A DNA stretch of 64,000 nucleotides from Candidatus Magasanikiibacteriota bacterium (GTDB lineage Bacteria > Patescibacteriota > Patescibacteriia > Magasanikbacterales > UBA922): positions 15,178 to 79,177 of the forward strand of contig JABIEQ010000014.1 in assembly GCA_018651085.1 (NCBI GenBank), written 5' to 3'. Below the pieces are notes generated by a model that ran no database searches, was not told the origin of the DNA, and saw nothing but the letters and a program-made list of their open reading frames with translations. Numbering within the stretch: the first letter of the stretch is position 1; each line of letters begins with the position of its first letter. A program made the position numbers and the translations under genes. Positions 31,057-40,145 of this stretch are shown piece after piece.

Positions 31057-31887
31057 TCAGATGATGCCGTAAACCAACTCTTCGTAGACAGAGGTCATGG
31101 CATGAGTGACCTCACCGACCTGATCCGCTCGCAGGCCAAAGAGCGGTGCTGCCGCAAAGATCCCCCAGAGTCGCAGGTAGAGATCGGTGTGGGCAATCGT
31201 CACTTCGTCTGCTTGAAGGCCAAAGAAGGCCTCAACGAAGATCTCGATCGACCCAAGACGAAGCGCCTTGACGTGTTCAACCGAAACCGTACGCGGATCT
31301 GAGTAATCGTAGAGTTTCTTCGCTACGATTGTTTGTTGATCTTGGGCAAAAAGCCATTCCCCGAACTCCTCGGGGTCCACAAGTTCCCCACTAGGAATCT
31401 TCCTAGTCTGCTGGAAGGAAGTTAACTTCATCTGTAGATTCCGAAAGGTCTCGAAGAGAAGTTCTTGCGGAGTGAAGTCAAAGAGTGTTGCTCGATCCAT
31501 CATGAGGAGTGCCGTTTCACCGGCAACCGCGTCGGCGTGATCCACATGGTACAGCCCGTCGACAGACCTGTTTTCAAGAAGGCAAGCAAGACGAGCAAGA
31601 TCAGTCTGATCGAGACCAAACTGGATGAGATCGACTCCGTTGAGCCCAAAGGACGTCTTCAACTCTCTCAGCTCCCTTCTTGTCAGATGCTCAGGAGCAA
31701 AGAGATTCTTGTAGTGCGCCGCCGCCGCCTCTGCCGCCGCCCTTTCTTCCTCGAGCGTAGAGACCTCTTTTTCCTTGTGGAAGTAGACTCCTACGGTCGT
31801 CGAAAGAAAAAACAGGGCCAGCAAAGAAGCCAGGACAGCGATGACGAGAGTGATGATGGTGATGGGGGCCATGGGGGGTGTCTCCAA
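31057..31887 (-). CDS. G+C-rich single-pass membrane protein, hypothetical (276 aa)
   Basis: Clean ORF with a GGAGA RBS and an N-terminal TM helix (ITIITLVIAVLASLLALFFL). Its composition is markedly more G+C-rich than the genome background. No known domain. Confidence 0.6.
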   Translation of the reverse strand: METPPMAPITIITLVIAVLASLLALFFLSTTVGVYFHKEKEVSTLEEERAAAEAAAAHYKNLFAPEHLTRRELRELKTSFGLNGVDLIQFGLDQTDLARLACLLENRSVDGLYHVDHADAVAGETALLMMDRATLFDFTPQELLFETFRNLQMKLTSFQQTRKIPSGELVDPEEFGEWLFAQDQQTIVAKKLYDYSDPRTVSVEHVKALRLGSIEIFVEAFFGLQADEVTIAHTDLYLRLWGIFAAAPLFGLRADQVGEVTHAMTSVYEELVYGII

Positions 31888-32054
31888 ATGTGAAGTTGGG
31901 CCATTGTACTGTACGAGAGATACTTAAATAGTACTTATTTAAGACATTTTGTCAAGGAAAAGCTAACAATATAAGAAAATTGTTGTAAAATATAAGTCTA
32001 GGATTTAATCCCCAAGATAAGTCAGTTTCTCATTTAATATGAGAACTTTTTTTA

Positions 32055-32081
32055 TAAAAAAAAACCCATAAGGGTTTGCGT
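32055..32081 (-). terminator. rho-independent terminator of the 32165..32953 gene (minus orientation: aaaccc-ttat-gggttt then a T-run)
   Basis: Hairpin followed by a 9-nt T-run when read on the minus strand. Confidence 0.6.
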
Positions 32082-32094
32082 AGTATCAAGGTAT

Positions 32095-32120
32095 GTGGTC
32101 CGTTCCTCCGGACGGACCAC
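32095..32120. repeat. GC-rich hairpin with GGAGGA-containing loop, copy 2 (gtggtccgt-tcctccgg-acggaccac)
   Basis: A perfect 9-bp stem. It is nested in a larger inverted repeat (atcaagg...ccttgat) and a gtgtc...gacac hairpin, and is related to copy 1 at 31011-31038. Confidence 0.5.
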
Positions 32121-32164
32121 GTGTCACACAGACACTGCCTTGATCTGATTGTTGCGCTAGAGCC

Positions 32165-32953
32165 CTACGATGAGGGAGTATCCTCGTCGAGGTCAATCAT
32201 GGGAAGTTCCTCCTCGGGGGCAAATTCCGTGTCGGCCATGGTGACACGGTAGACCACGCTGAGAAACAGCTGAACTTTCTCTTTCTCGAGAAGCTCAAGC
32301 GAGGACAACATAAGCCCCGAGAGGCCTCCTGCCCTGTATCGAGCCGCCGTCTTGAAGTAGCGTTCGAACTGTGAGGCCGTAAGGGGGGCGATCGGCGAAA
32401 GCCCGTACCATTGCCGAGCCAGAGCCTCTTCCCGCTTTGAGCGGTAGGCATCAAGTTCCTCAGGGGTGAAGCTCGTCGCCGTGTATCTGCCCGGCTTTCC
32501 AGTTCGCTCCTCCATGTTTCTGATCTTGGCCAGTTCCTCGGCGTCCTTGTCCGTAAGGTAGGAAGCCATCTCTTCCGAGAGGGGATACTTCCCTTTGAAC
32601 CTGCCTCGGTATTGACTCATGCAGACGTAGAGAAAGCCCAGGAGTTCGTCCCCTGAGAGCCCTTTCGAACCGGCGGTGTCCATCGCGAGAAGAACTGTCC
32701 CCAGGAGTCCTTCACCCTGCATCTTCTTTGAGACAGGGCCGCCATGAGACAATGTCTCGTTCGCTTGCTCCAGGCGCCGGATTTCCCCTCTCATCCAATC
32801 GGCGTCCTTTTCAAGGGACGCGTAAGAGGCCTCAAGAGGATCAATAGTAGCTCTTAGTTGTTCGAGCCCCGGTTTGTACCAGAGGTAGTACGCAACCACC
32901 GCTTGCAACGCACCGAAGCCGAGGACGACCAAGATGGCCATTGTAATGCTCAT
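32165..32953 (-). CDS. G+C-rich single-pass membrane protein with a coiled-coil, hypothetical (262 aa)
   Basis: N-terminal TM helix (MAILVVLGFGALQAVVAYYLWY) and a coiled-coil region. G+C-rich. No known domain. Confidence 0.6.
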   Translation of the reverse strand: MSITMAILVVLGFGALQAVVAYYLWYKPGLEQLRATIDPLEASYASLEKDADWMRGEIRRLEQANETLSHGGPVSKKMQGEGLLGTVLLAMDTAGSKGLSGDELLGFLYVCMSQYRGRFKGKYPLSEEMASYLTDKDAEELAKIRNMEERTGKPGRYTATSFTPEELDAYRSKREEALARQWYGLSPIAPLTASQFERYFKTAARYRAGGLSGLMLSSLELLEKEKVQLFLSVVYRVTMADTEFAPEEELPMIDLDEDTPSS

Positions 32954-33111
32954 GTCTGAACCTTCAGGCTGGGGGAATATGAACGATAATTCCCGGTGTT
33001 GTGTGACTTATAAATAATACACTTTATTTGACTTTTGTCAATAGGAAGTATACAAAAAAAATGTAAAAGAATATTCAGAAAAAAAAGAATTTATGATATA
33101 CTTAATCCATT

Positions 33112-33792
33112 ATGATTTCTCTCACTGGCGTAACCAAAGCATATACAAAACAAAGTATTGGACTAGATAATATCCACCTGCACATTGAAGCAGGTGAATT
33201 TGTGTCTATTGTAGGACAAAGTGGTAGTGGAAAAACAACCCTTGTAAAACTACTTATCGCAGAAGAAACACCGTCGTCTGGAAATATAGAAATAGGTGGA
33301 TGGGATATTACCAACATTAAAAGAAAAGAAATCCCTACACTACGACGTCAAATCGGTGTTATTTTTCAAGATTTCAAACTCCTTCCTAAAAAAACCGTAC
33401 GAGAAAATGTAGCCTTTGCCTTACAAGTAGCAGGGGAGTCACACAAACGTATCAAAGACATTGTCCCAAGAGTACTTCATATCGTAGGACTTGGTCACAA
33501 AATGGAAAGATATCCTAATCAGCTTTCAGGGGGAGAGCAACAACGCGTGGTCATTGCACGATCATTAGTTCATCGACCTAAAATTCTTGTAGCAGATGAG
33601 CCTACAGGAAATCTTGATACGTTAAATACAAAAGAAATTATAGAAATATTAAAAAAGATTAATCAATTTGGGACAACGGTTGTACTCGTTACACATAATA
33701 GAGAAGTAGTGAATCATCTTAAAAAACGAGTGATTGCTATTGATGAAGGGAAAATTTTGTCTGACGAAAAACATGGAAAATATCGCTTATAA
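33112..33792 (+). CDS. ftsE: cell division ATP-binding protein FtsE
   Basis: Walker A GQSGSGKTT, ABC signature LSGGEQQRV, Walker [13 protein letters not shown], 226 aa, followed by ftsX. Confidence 0.85.
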   Translation: MISLTGVTKAYTKQSIGLDNIHLHIEAGEFVSIVGQSGSGKTTLVKLLIAEETPSSGNIEIGGWDITNIKRKEIPTLRRQIGVIFQDFKLLPKKTVRENVAFALQVAGESHKRIKDIVPRVLHIVGLGHKMERYPNQLSGGEQQRVVIARSLVHRPKILVADEPTGNLDTLNTKEIIEILKKINQFGTTVVLVTHNREVVNHLKKRVIAIDEGKILSDEKHGKYRL

Positions 33793-33794
33793 AT

Positions 33795-34703
33795 ATGCTT
33801 GGATTTTTACGCATCATTAAATTTACTTTTCAGAACATTGGACGAAATGTCGGTCTTTCAGTTATGACAGTACTTATTTTAGTACTGATGCTTTTGTCTG
33901 TGAATAGTCTTATTACTGTTCGTGCACTAACACAAGAAGCATCAGACGCAGTAAAAGAACAAATTGATATTAGTGTATATTTTGATCAAGAAGTAAAAGA
34001 TGAAGAAGTAGCAGAGGTAGAAGCATATGTAAATTCTTTTGAAGAAGTCAAAGAAGTCACACTCTTCTCTCGCGACGAAGTACTTACAGAATTCACAGAT
34101 AAACATAAAGATAACCAAGATATTATTTCTTCCATTGAAGAATTAGGAGAAAATCCATTTGGCCCAAGAATGACTATCAAAACCCATGAGACAGAAGATT
34201 ACGCAACGATAACAGAAGCGCTTAGTGTGCCAGAATACGATCAAGTCATTGAAGCTAAAACATTCGCTGATACAGAAAAGACTATTCAAAAAATTCAACT
34301 TATCACTTCTCAAGTAGAACGATTTAGTGCACTTCTAAGTGGTCTCTTTGGTGCCATTGCATTTATTGTTATATTTAACACCATCCGTATTGCTATTTAT
34401 ACACAACGCACAGAAATAAGTATTAAAAAGCTGGTAGGAGCAACAGATTGGTTTGTAAAAGGCCCATATATGCTCTCATCGCTCTTTTTTTCACTCTTGA
34501 GCGTCATTATAAGTTTTGCCCTTACACTCCTTGCTATACGCTTTTTAGACCCATATATAATGAGTATATTTAATGATCCACACTTCTTGACAAACTACTA
34601 CTTTTCCCATATACTAGTGCTCGCTGGGATTGAGCTCGGTGCAGTACTTATCCTCACGATTCTTTCGAGTTCTCTAGCAATGCGAAAATACCTTCGGGTA
34701 TAA
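33795..34703 (+). CDS. ftsX: cell division permease-like protein FtsX
   Basis: FtsX topology: a TM helix, a large periplasmic domain and three C-terminal TM helices. Immediately downstream of ftsE. Confidence 0.8.
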   Translation: MLGFLRIIKFTFQNIGRNVGLSVMTVLILVLMLLSVNSLITVRALTQEASDAVKEQIDISVYFDQEVKDEEVAEVEAYVNSFEEVKEVTLFSRDEVLTEFTDKHKDNQDIISSIEELGENPFGPRMTIKTHETEDYATITEALSVPEYDQVIEAKTFADTEKTIQKIQLITSQVERFSALLSGLFGAIAFIVIFNTIRIAIYTQRTEISIKKLVGATDWFVKGPYMLSSLFFSLLSVIISFALTLLAIRFLDPYIMSIFNDPHFLTNYYFSHILVLAGIELGAVLILTILSSSLAMRKYLRV

Positions 34704-34708
34704 ATTAT

Positions 34709-34779
34709 TCGGGGATCGTCTAATGGTAGGACACCAGGTTTTGGTCCTGGGTATCGGGGTTCGAATCCCTGTCCCCGAG
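34709..34779 (+). tRNA. tRNA-Gln (anticodon UUG)
   Basis: Acceptor TCGGGGA/TCCCCGA, anticodon stem CCAGG/CCTGG with loop TTTTGGT, T-arm CGGGGTTCGAATCCCTG, discriminator G. No CCA. Confidence 0.8.
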
Positions 34780-34809
34780 CAGGCGTTTACGCCTTAACAA
34801 CATAGATAT

Positions 34810-35204
34810 TCGGCGGTAGCTCAGTGGTAGAGCAGTTGGCTGTAAAAATACTTGTATGGATGTATCCATATGAACGACTAGCAGCTCTTTGTAGGAATAC
34901 AAAGATGAATAACAAGGTGAATTGCTGGAAACCCTAACAGGAGGAGCTGAGGGTAATCAGCAGCCAAGTCTGTTTTTTCCGTATCGTTTAGTATACATTC
35001 GTGTACTGACATCGGTTACAGAAAGGTTCAGAGACTATCCCTTTTGGGAGTACTGCATAACAGTTGTTATGTGGGAAGCGCCTTGCACCCCACCGTCTTA
35101 GCATGACTAAGTATTACGAGGGTGATGATATAGTCCACACTTTAGTGAAAAACTAGAGATAATGTGTAACCAATTGGTCGCCAGTTCGAATCTGGCCCGC
35201 CGAG
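34810..35204 (+). tRNA. tRNA (most likely Asn-GUU, alternatively Thr-UGU) interrupted in the anticodon loop by a group I intron
   Basis: The 5' half TCGGCGG-TA-GCTCAGTGGTAGAGC-A-GTTGG-CTGT is followed by a ~323-nt insertion, then TAA-CCAAT-TGGTC-GCCAGTTCGAATCTGGC-CCGCCGA-G. The acceptor and T arms pair perfectly. The reconstituted loop CUGUUAA equals the canonical tRNA-Asn loop. Confidence 0.8.
34844..35166 (+). other. group I self-splicing intron (no ORF) within the tRNA anticodon loop
   Basis: Canonical R element GTTCAGAGACTA (35028-35039) and S element GATATAGTCC (35127-35136) forming P7. The 5' exon ends in U. The intron ends in G. A candidate internal guide sequence GCAGCU (about 34881-34886) pairs with the exon end GGCUGU to form P1. 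The exact splice boundaries are inferred. Confidence 0.75.
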
Positions 35205-35314
35205 CAACGATGTTAGAACCATTAAAATCCGTTATATTTAGCGGATTTTTTGGAAAGTGAAATAATGTAGTATATCTAGACAAATAGGCTTTTTTTTGTT
35301 AGGATCAAGTATCT

Positions 35315-36358
35315 ATGTATATAAATCGAGAACAATCTATTTTGAAGTTTTTTCCAGGTATTAAGCGGTTTCGTTTTGATCAAATAAACAAAGCCTTTTT
35401 TGATGGTACACGTTCATCTTGGAATGATGTAACAACACTTCCCAAAACTATGAAGTCTACTCTTGATAAGCAAATTTCTTGGTTGTCTTTTGAAAATAAA
35501 AAAGTATACGTGAGTAAAAAACAAGACACATACAAGGGAATATTTAAAACACAAGATGGTCAATTTTTTGAATCTGTATTAATGGCAAATAGAAAAGGAC
35601 AATGGACCATTTGTGTGTCTTCCCAAATAGGCTGTGCCATGCGTTGTACTTTTTGTGCTACTGGAACTATGGGATTGAAAAGGAATTTGCATAGTGATGA
35701 AATTATTGATCAATATAGATTTTGGCAACAGTTTTTAGTTGAACGACCAAAGCTTCCACAACGGATTTCAAACATTGTATTTATGGGCATGGGTGAGCCT
35801 CTTGCCAATTATGATAATGTGAAAAATTCTATTAATACTTTGTTGAAATATACAGATTTGGGCCCAACAAAAATCATGCTATCAACAGTTGGTATTTTGC
35901 CGCAAATGCAAAAGTTGTTAACAGATCCAGATTGGCCTAAGGTACGGATTGCCATTTCACTGCATAGTGCTAATCAAGAGAAGCGTAAAGAAATTGTACC
36001 AACAACAGTTCCGGATTTTCTTAAAAAATTGGCAGTTTGGTCACATGAATATCAACGACTCTTGGGAAATAGAAATCATAAGCTCACTTTTGAATATACA
36101 CTTATTTCTCATGTAAATGACACGCCTGAACTTGCCCAAAAGTTGGCCAAATATATTGTAAAAACAGCTGTGAGTAAAATTAATGTCATCCCTTACAATC
36201 CTGTTAAAGGAAAAATATTCAATCGGGCAGAGCAAGAGAGGGTTGATGCATTTAAAAATATTCTTCGGGATCATAATATTAATGTAACAGAGCGAACCAC
36301 AATGGGAGCTGATATTGATGCTGCCTGTGGGCAATTGGCTATTGACGCTACAATATAG
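35315..36358 (+). CDS. rlmN: 23S rRNA (adenine2503-C2)/tRNA methyltransferase, radical SAM
   Basis: Radical-SAM CxxxCxxC (GCAMRCTFCATG), GMGEPLAN and a C-terminal Cys. 347 aa. Confidence 0.85.
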   Translation: MYINREQSILKFFPGIKRFRFDQINKAFFDGTRSSWNDVTTLPKTMKSTLDKQISWLSFENKKVYVSKKQDTYKGIFKTQDGQFFESVLMANRKGQWTICVSSQIGCAMRCTFCATGTMGLKRNLHSDEIIDQYRFWQQFLVERPKLPQRISNIVFMGMGEPLANYDNVKNSINTLLKYTDLGPTKIMLSTVGILPQMQKLLTDPDWPKVRIAISLHSANQEKRKEIVPTTVPDFLKKLAVWSHEYQRLLGNRNHKLTFEYTLISHVNDTPELAQKLAKYIVKTAVSKINVIPYNPVKGKIFNRAEQERVDAFKNILRDHNINVTERTTMGADIDAACGQLAIDATI

Positions 36359-36385
36359 AAAAGACAGTTCGAAAGTCGTTCCAGT

Positions 36386-36415
36386 AGAGAAACAAAAAAA
36401 TGTCATCCTTTAGGG
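36386..36415 (+). terminator. rho-independent terminator after rlmN (aatgtcatcc-ttta-gggtgacatt then a T-run)
   Basis: A 10-bp stem followed by a T-run. Confidence 0.65.
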
Positions 36416-36486
36416 TGACATTTTTTATTAGTAACTACTATCAAATAGGATATGCTATACTAAACACCTAATTATTATAGATACAT

Positions 36487-36846
36487 ATGACTGAAAATCC
36501 TGAAAACAATCATGAAAAACCCAAAGAATATATCCCTAGTCCAGAAGAAGTAAAGAATCTATTAGAAAGATTTATTGAAGGAAAGGAATATGAAGTATTA
36601 ACGAAGCGAGAAGACAAGAAAGGACTTTGCCTATGGGAAGTCAAAGTTCCTACTGGTGAGGGTGAACATACCGAGTACGCATATATCAGAAAAGGACGAC
36701 ATGACGTAGGTCAACAAGGAGAATATGACGTAGGTGAACAAAGTATGTTTAGCGCAATTAATATGACCTTTTTTCAAAATGATATCCCGGTAGGCGGATG
36801 GTCAGTCGCCAAATGTATTGATGGAAAATGGAAAGAAACCCCTTAA
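36487..36846 (+). CDS. hypothetical protein
   Basis: A 119-aa ORF. No motif recognised. Confidence 0.35.
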   Translation: MTENPENNHEKPKEYIPSPEEVKNLLERFIEGKEYEVLTKREDKKGLCLWEVKVPTGEGEHTEYAYIRKGRHDVGQQGEYDVGEQSMFSAINMTFFQNDIPVGGWSVAKCIDGKWKETP

Positions 36847-36950
36847 AACGGTTTTCTTACCTTGAAGAGGACATATTCCTATTGACATTTTGGCATATTT
36901 ATATAAAGATAGGATATCTCCTATATCATTAACTCAATAATATTGAAAAT

Positions 36951-37145
36951 ATGCTTAACAAAGTACTAAAAAAGATGAAAGAGGCCGAAAAAAAAGCTGG
37001 AAATGACATGAATACACCTGAAAGCAAGTATCAAGACATGCAAATAAACAGCAAAGCAGGGTTCCATGCAAAGAAAGATAGCTCTTTAGGAGCTAAAAGA
37101 GCGCGAAGTATTGGAAATAGAAACAATAAAAGAACAACTAAATAA
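36951..37145 (+). CDS. small basic hypothetical protein
   Basis: 64 aa, lysine and arginine rich. The coding status is uncertain. Confidence 0.25.
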   Translation: MLNKVLKKMKEAEKKAGNDMNTPESKYQDMQINSKAGFHAKKDSSLGAKRARSIGNRNNKRTTK

Positions 37146-37148
37146 TGT

Positions 37149-37604
37149 ATGAGAAGTATATCTAGAGATATTGTATCAGCAATTATTATATCAAAAGATA
37201 ATAAGATATTTTTAGGAAGAAAAGATCCTTCAAAAGGAGGCGTTTACAAAGATTGTTGGCATCTTCCCGGAGGTGGTATAGAAAAAGGAGAGACAGATGA
37301 AGATGCTCTTATTAGAGAAATACAAGAAGAAACAGGAATTGACATCACAACATATAATAAAGATCTTCTAAGCGACACAAGAAGAGGACAATCTACGAAA
37401 ATTCTACCAAACAAAGAAGAAGTGCTTTGTACTATGTGTTTTAAAGAGTATAAAGTATCTATTCATGATAAAGAGGCTTTACATATTGAGGTTCGTGTAG
37501 AAGATGATTTAGCTGAATACCAATGGGTAGACATTAATGATATAAAAAACATACAACTCACACCACCATCAAAGGAACTTTTTTTAGAATTAGGATACCT
37601 ATAA
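37149..37604 (+). CDS. NUDIX hydrolase
   Basis: Nudix box GGGIEKGETDEDALIREIQEETGI. Confidence 0.75.
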   Translation: MRSISRDIVSAIIISKDNKIFLGRKDPSKGGVYKDCWHLPGGGIEKGETDEDALIREIQEETGIDITTYNKDLLSDTRRGQSTKILPNKEEVLCTMCFKEYKVSIHDKEALHIEVRVEDDLAEYQWVDINDIKNIQLTPPSKELFLELGYL

Positions 37605-37609
37605 AAAAT

Positions 37610-38392
37610 ATGATAGACCATATCATAACCGCCGCAAAACTTGGTGGAGAACAAATCAATAAATACTTTGGAGAAATATTAGAGATTTCTAGAAAATCTT
37701 CTCTTGCTGATTTTAGAACACAAGCAGATCTTGCATCAGAAAAAGCAATACTAAATGAATTGCAGAAATATTTTCCTAATTATAATTATTTAGCAGAAGA
37801 AAGTGGTTGGAAAAAAAATGATTCACCATTCACATTTGTGATAGACCCACTTGATGGTACAAACAATTTTTCTTTAGGTATAAGTAATTTTTCTGTTTCT
37901 ATCGGCCTTCAAAAAGGAGATGAAACTATTGCTGGTGTGATATATAATCCAACAACACATCAAGTATATTATGCAGAAAAAGGAAAAGGAGCATATCTTG
38001 ATGGGATAAAAATACAGACAAATAATGTATCGGACATACAAAATGCAACAATTTCATACGTCTGTGGATACGATAATGATGGTACGATTTATGAAGATTT
38101 AGTAAGCGGGATGAATATACGAAAAGGGAAACGTTTGCTCACTAACTGGTCAGTAGCCTTAGACCATTGTTTGCTTGCAAATGGAAGGATAGAAGCCATC
38201 ATTTGTAATGGCACTGAAGTATACGATAACATTGCAGGAAAAATAATTGTAAAAGAAGCTGGCGGAATAATCACTAAATTTAACGGACAAAAGGAAGAAA
38301 ATGACGAAAATGCTTACTTTATTGTATCAAACAATCAAATATTTCATAAAGAAATTGTAGATCTTTGTAGCTCCATAAAAAACTTAAAATAA
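37610..38392 (+). CDS. inositol monophosphatase family protein (SuhB-like)
   Basis: Metal-binding motifs EESG and VIDPLDGTNNF, plus a WSVALD-like C-terminal motif. Confidence 0.8.
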   Translation: MIDHIITAAKLGGEQINKYFGEILEISRKSSLADFRTQADLASEKAILNELQKYFPNYNYLAEESGWKKNDSPFTFVIDPLDGTNNFSLGISNFSVSIGLQKGDETIAGVIYNPTTHQVYYAEKGKGAYLDGIKIQTNNVSDIQNATISYVCGYDNDGTIYEDLVSGMNIRKGKRLLTNWSVALDHCLLANGRIEAIICNGTEVYDNIAGKIIVKEAGGIITKFNGQKEENDENAYFIVSNNQIFHKEIVDLCSSIKNLK

Positions 38393-38400
38393 GAATAACA

Positions 38401-38430
38401 AAAAATCCCGCAAAAGCGGGATTTTTTTAT
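38401..38430. terminator. bidirectional terminator (aaaaatcccgc-aaaa-gcgggattttttt)
   Basis: A perfect hairpin between the convergent suhB-like gene and the RRM protein gene. Confidence 0.75.
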
Positions 38431-38438
38431 ACAAAGTA

Positions 38439-38690
38439 TTAAGCCTTAGGGCGAGCAACATTTACCATAATATTTCGTCCCATCATATCTGATTCATGAA
38501 GGGCCTCAATTGCAGCTTGTGCTTGTTCATCAGTTGCCATCTCAACAAAACCAAATCCTTTACTTCTATTACTCATAGTGTCAATAATAACTTTTGCAGA
38601 TACAACTTCACCGTGAGCGGCAAAGAGACTAGCAAGATCTTGGTCAGTAACAGCATATGGCAAGCTCCCAACAAAAAGTTTATTTTTCAT
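38439..38690 (-). CDS. RRM-type RNA-binding protein
   Basis: RNP-2 LFVGSL and RNP-1 KGFGFVEM motifs. 83 aa. Confidence 0.85.
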   Translation of the reverse strand: MKNKLFVGSLPYAVTDQDLASLFAAHGEVVSAKVIIDTMSNRSKGFGFVEMATDEQAQAAIEALHESDMMGRNIMVNVARPKA

Positions 38691-38864
38691 ATAATGAAAA
38701 GAGTCGTTAATTTTTAAACTGTTATTTTTCCTTTTTATGTAAAAATAACCCTTAAATAATACTATACTTATTAAAATACTGTCAAGAAAGATTAGGGGTA
38801 TTTACTTTTTCAAAATATACGTTACACTACAAACATGTTAAATAATCATTTCTAATACACAAAT

Positions 38865-39422
38865 ATGAAGAAATACCTCCTCCTATCATTCGCTCTCCTA
38901 TTACTTATTGGTGGTGGTTGCGCTTCAATAGAGTATAATGAAGACGTATATAATGAAGACATAAACGAAGACGCAGATGGAAGTGAAGAAAGTGAAGAAA
39001 GAGAAATCCCACCAAATTATGAGGAAGAGAAAACCGAGACCACAGAAGCTAATCAAGAAGAAGATTTGGAAGAAGAGGTTGAATTAATAGAAGAGGTTGA
39101 ATTAATAGAAGAAACCGAACTTAATGATGATTCCAGTGAAGCCGCATCTATTTCATTTGATGTGAGTGGAAAAAACTTTGAGTTTAGCCAAACAGAAGTT
39201 CGAGTTAAAAAAGGGGATAGTGTCACTATCAATTTCACAAGTGAAGACGGGCTTCACGATTGGGTTGTTGAAGGAATCAGTGATGCAAAAACAGATCGAG
39301 TACGAACAGGAGAAAGTACAAGCGTTACATTCGTTGCTAGTGAAACTGGAGAATTTGAATACTTTTGTTCAGTAGGGTCTCATAGAGCAGCAGGCATGAT
39401 TGGGCGATTAATTGTAGAGTAA
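38865..39422 (+). CDS. cupredoxin-like (type 1 blue copper) lipoprotein with an acidic repeat linker
   Basis: Signal peptide plus lipobox (IGGGC). An acidic linker carries a 2x 21-nt tandem repeat (EEVELIE). The C-terminal domain has the spacing His(HDW)...Cys-x4-His-x4-Met (YFCSVGSHRAAGM), as in azurin-like cupredoxins. Confidence 0.55.
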   Translation: MKKYLLLSFALLLLIGGGCASIEYNEDVYNEDINEDADGSEESEEREIPPNYEEEKTETTEANQEEDLEEEVELIEEVELIEETELNDDSSEAASISFDVSGKNFEFSQTEVRVKKGDSVTINFTSEDGLHDWVVEGISDAKTDRVRTGESTSVTFVASETGEFEYFCSVGSHRAAGMIGRLIVE

Positions 39423-39452
39423 AAAAGTTCAAGATAAAATAGCACCTCTACG

Positions 39453-40145
39453 GTGCTATTTTATCTTTTCATACATATACATATCTATATGAATACACAC
39501 ATAGGAGGAGTAAAACGAAAAAAGACCTCAATAAAAGCACTTATAGCCGTAAATATATTTACGATTGTTCTTGCTATTATTCAAGGATGGGACATTACAC
39601 TCGTCCTGTTCATCTATTGGTGTCAGAGCATTATGATAGGAGGCGCAACGGTTGTAAAAATGCTTCGATTAAAAAAATTCTCTACAGAAGGCTACCTTAT
39701 AGACGAAAAGCCAGTTCTTCCAACAAAAAAAACCAAACAAAAATCAGCAACGGCTTTCATTATCCACTATGGTGCATTTCACGCAGCCTATCTTTTTGTC
39801 ATATTAAACAGCTTTAAAGAGAAAAATATTCCTATAACAGATCTATTAAGTATCTCTGTTATAATAACTTTATTATTTTTCCTTATAAATCACACGTACT
39901 CATATTTTATAAATAGAGAAGAAGACGAGAAAAAAGTAAAAAACATTGGAACAATGATGCTCTTCCCATATGCAAGAATCATTCCAATGCACCTCGCCAT
40001 GATGTTTGGAATACATTCAGCAGGGATTATAGGCATTATTATATTCTTACCACTAAAAACATTTGCAGACACCCTCATGCACAACATTGAACATTATCGA
40101 AAACCAAAAAACATTAGGATAAAGAAAAAGGTAAAGAGCATATGA
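39453..40145 (+). CDS. hypothetical polytopic membrane protein
   Basis: Several TM helices. The true start is possibly an internal ATG. Confidence 0.35.
   Translation: MLFYLFIHIHIYMNTHIGGVKRKKTSIKALIAVNIFTIVLAIIQGWDITLVLFIYWCQSIMIGGATVVKMLRLKKFSTEGYLIDEKPVLPTKKTKQKSATAFIIHYGAFHAAYLFVILNSFKEKNIPITDLLSISVIITLLFFLINHTYSYFINREEDEKKVKNIGTMMLFPYARIIPMHLAMMFGIHSAGIIGIIIFLPLKTFADTLMHNIEHYRKPKNIRIKKKVKSI

Noticed and set aside
31011-32120. Interpreting the two related GGAGGA-loop hairpins as att sites flanking an integrated element
   Set aside because: They do not bracket the cassette. Each sits downstream of one gene, so they are more likely gene-associated terminator or repeat elements than insertion boundaries.
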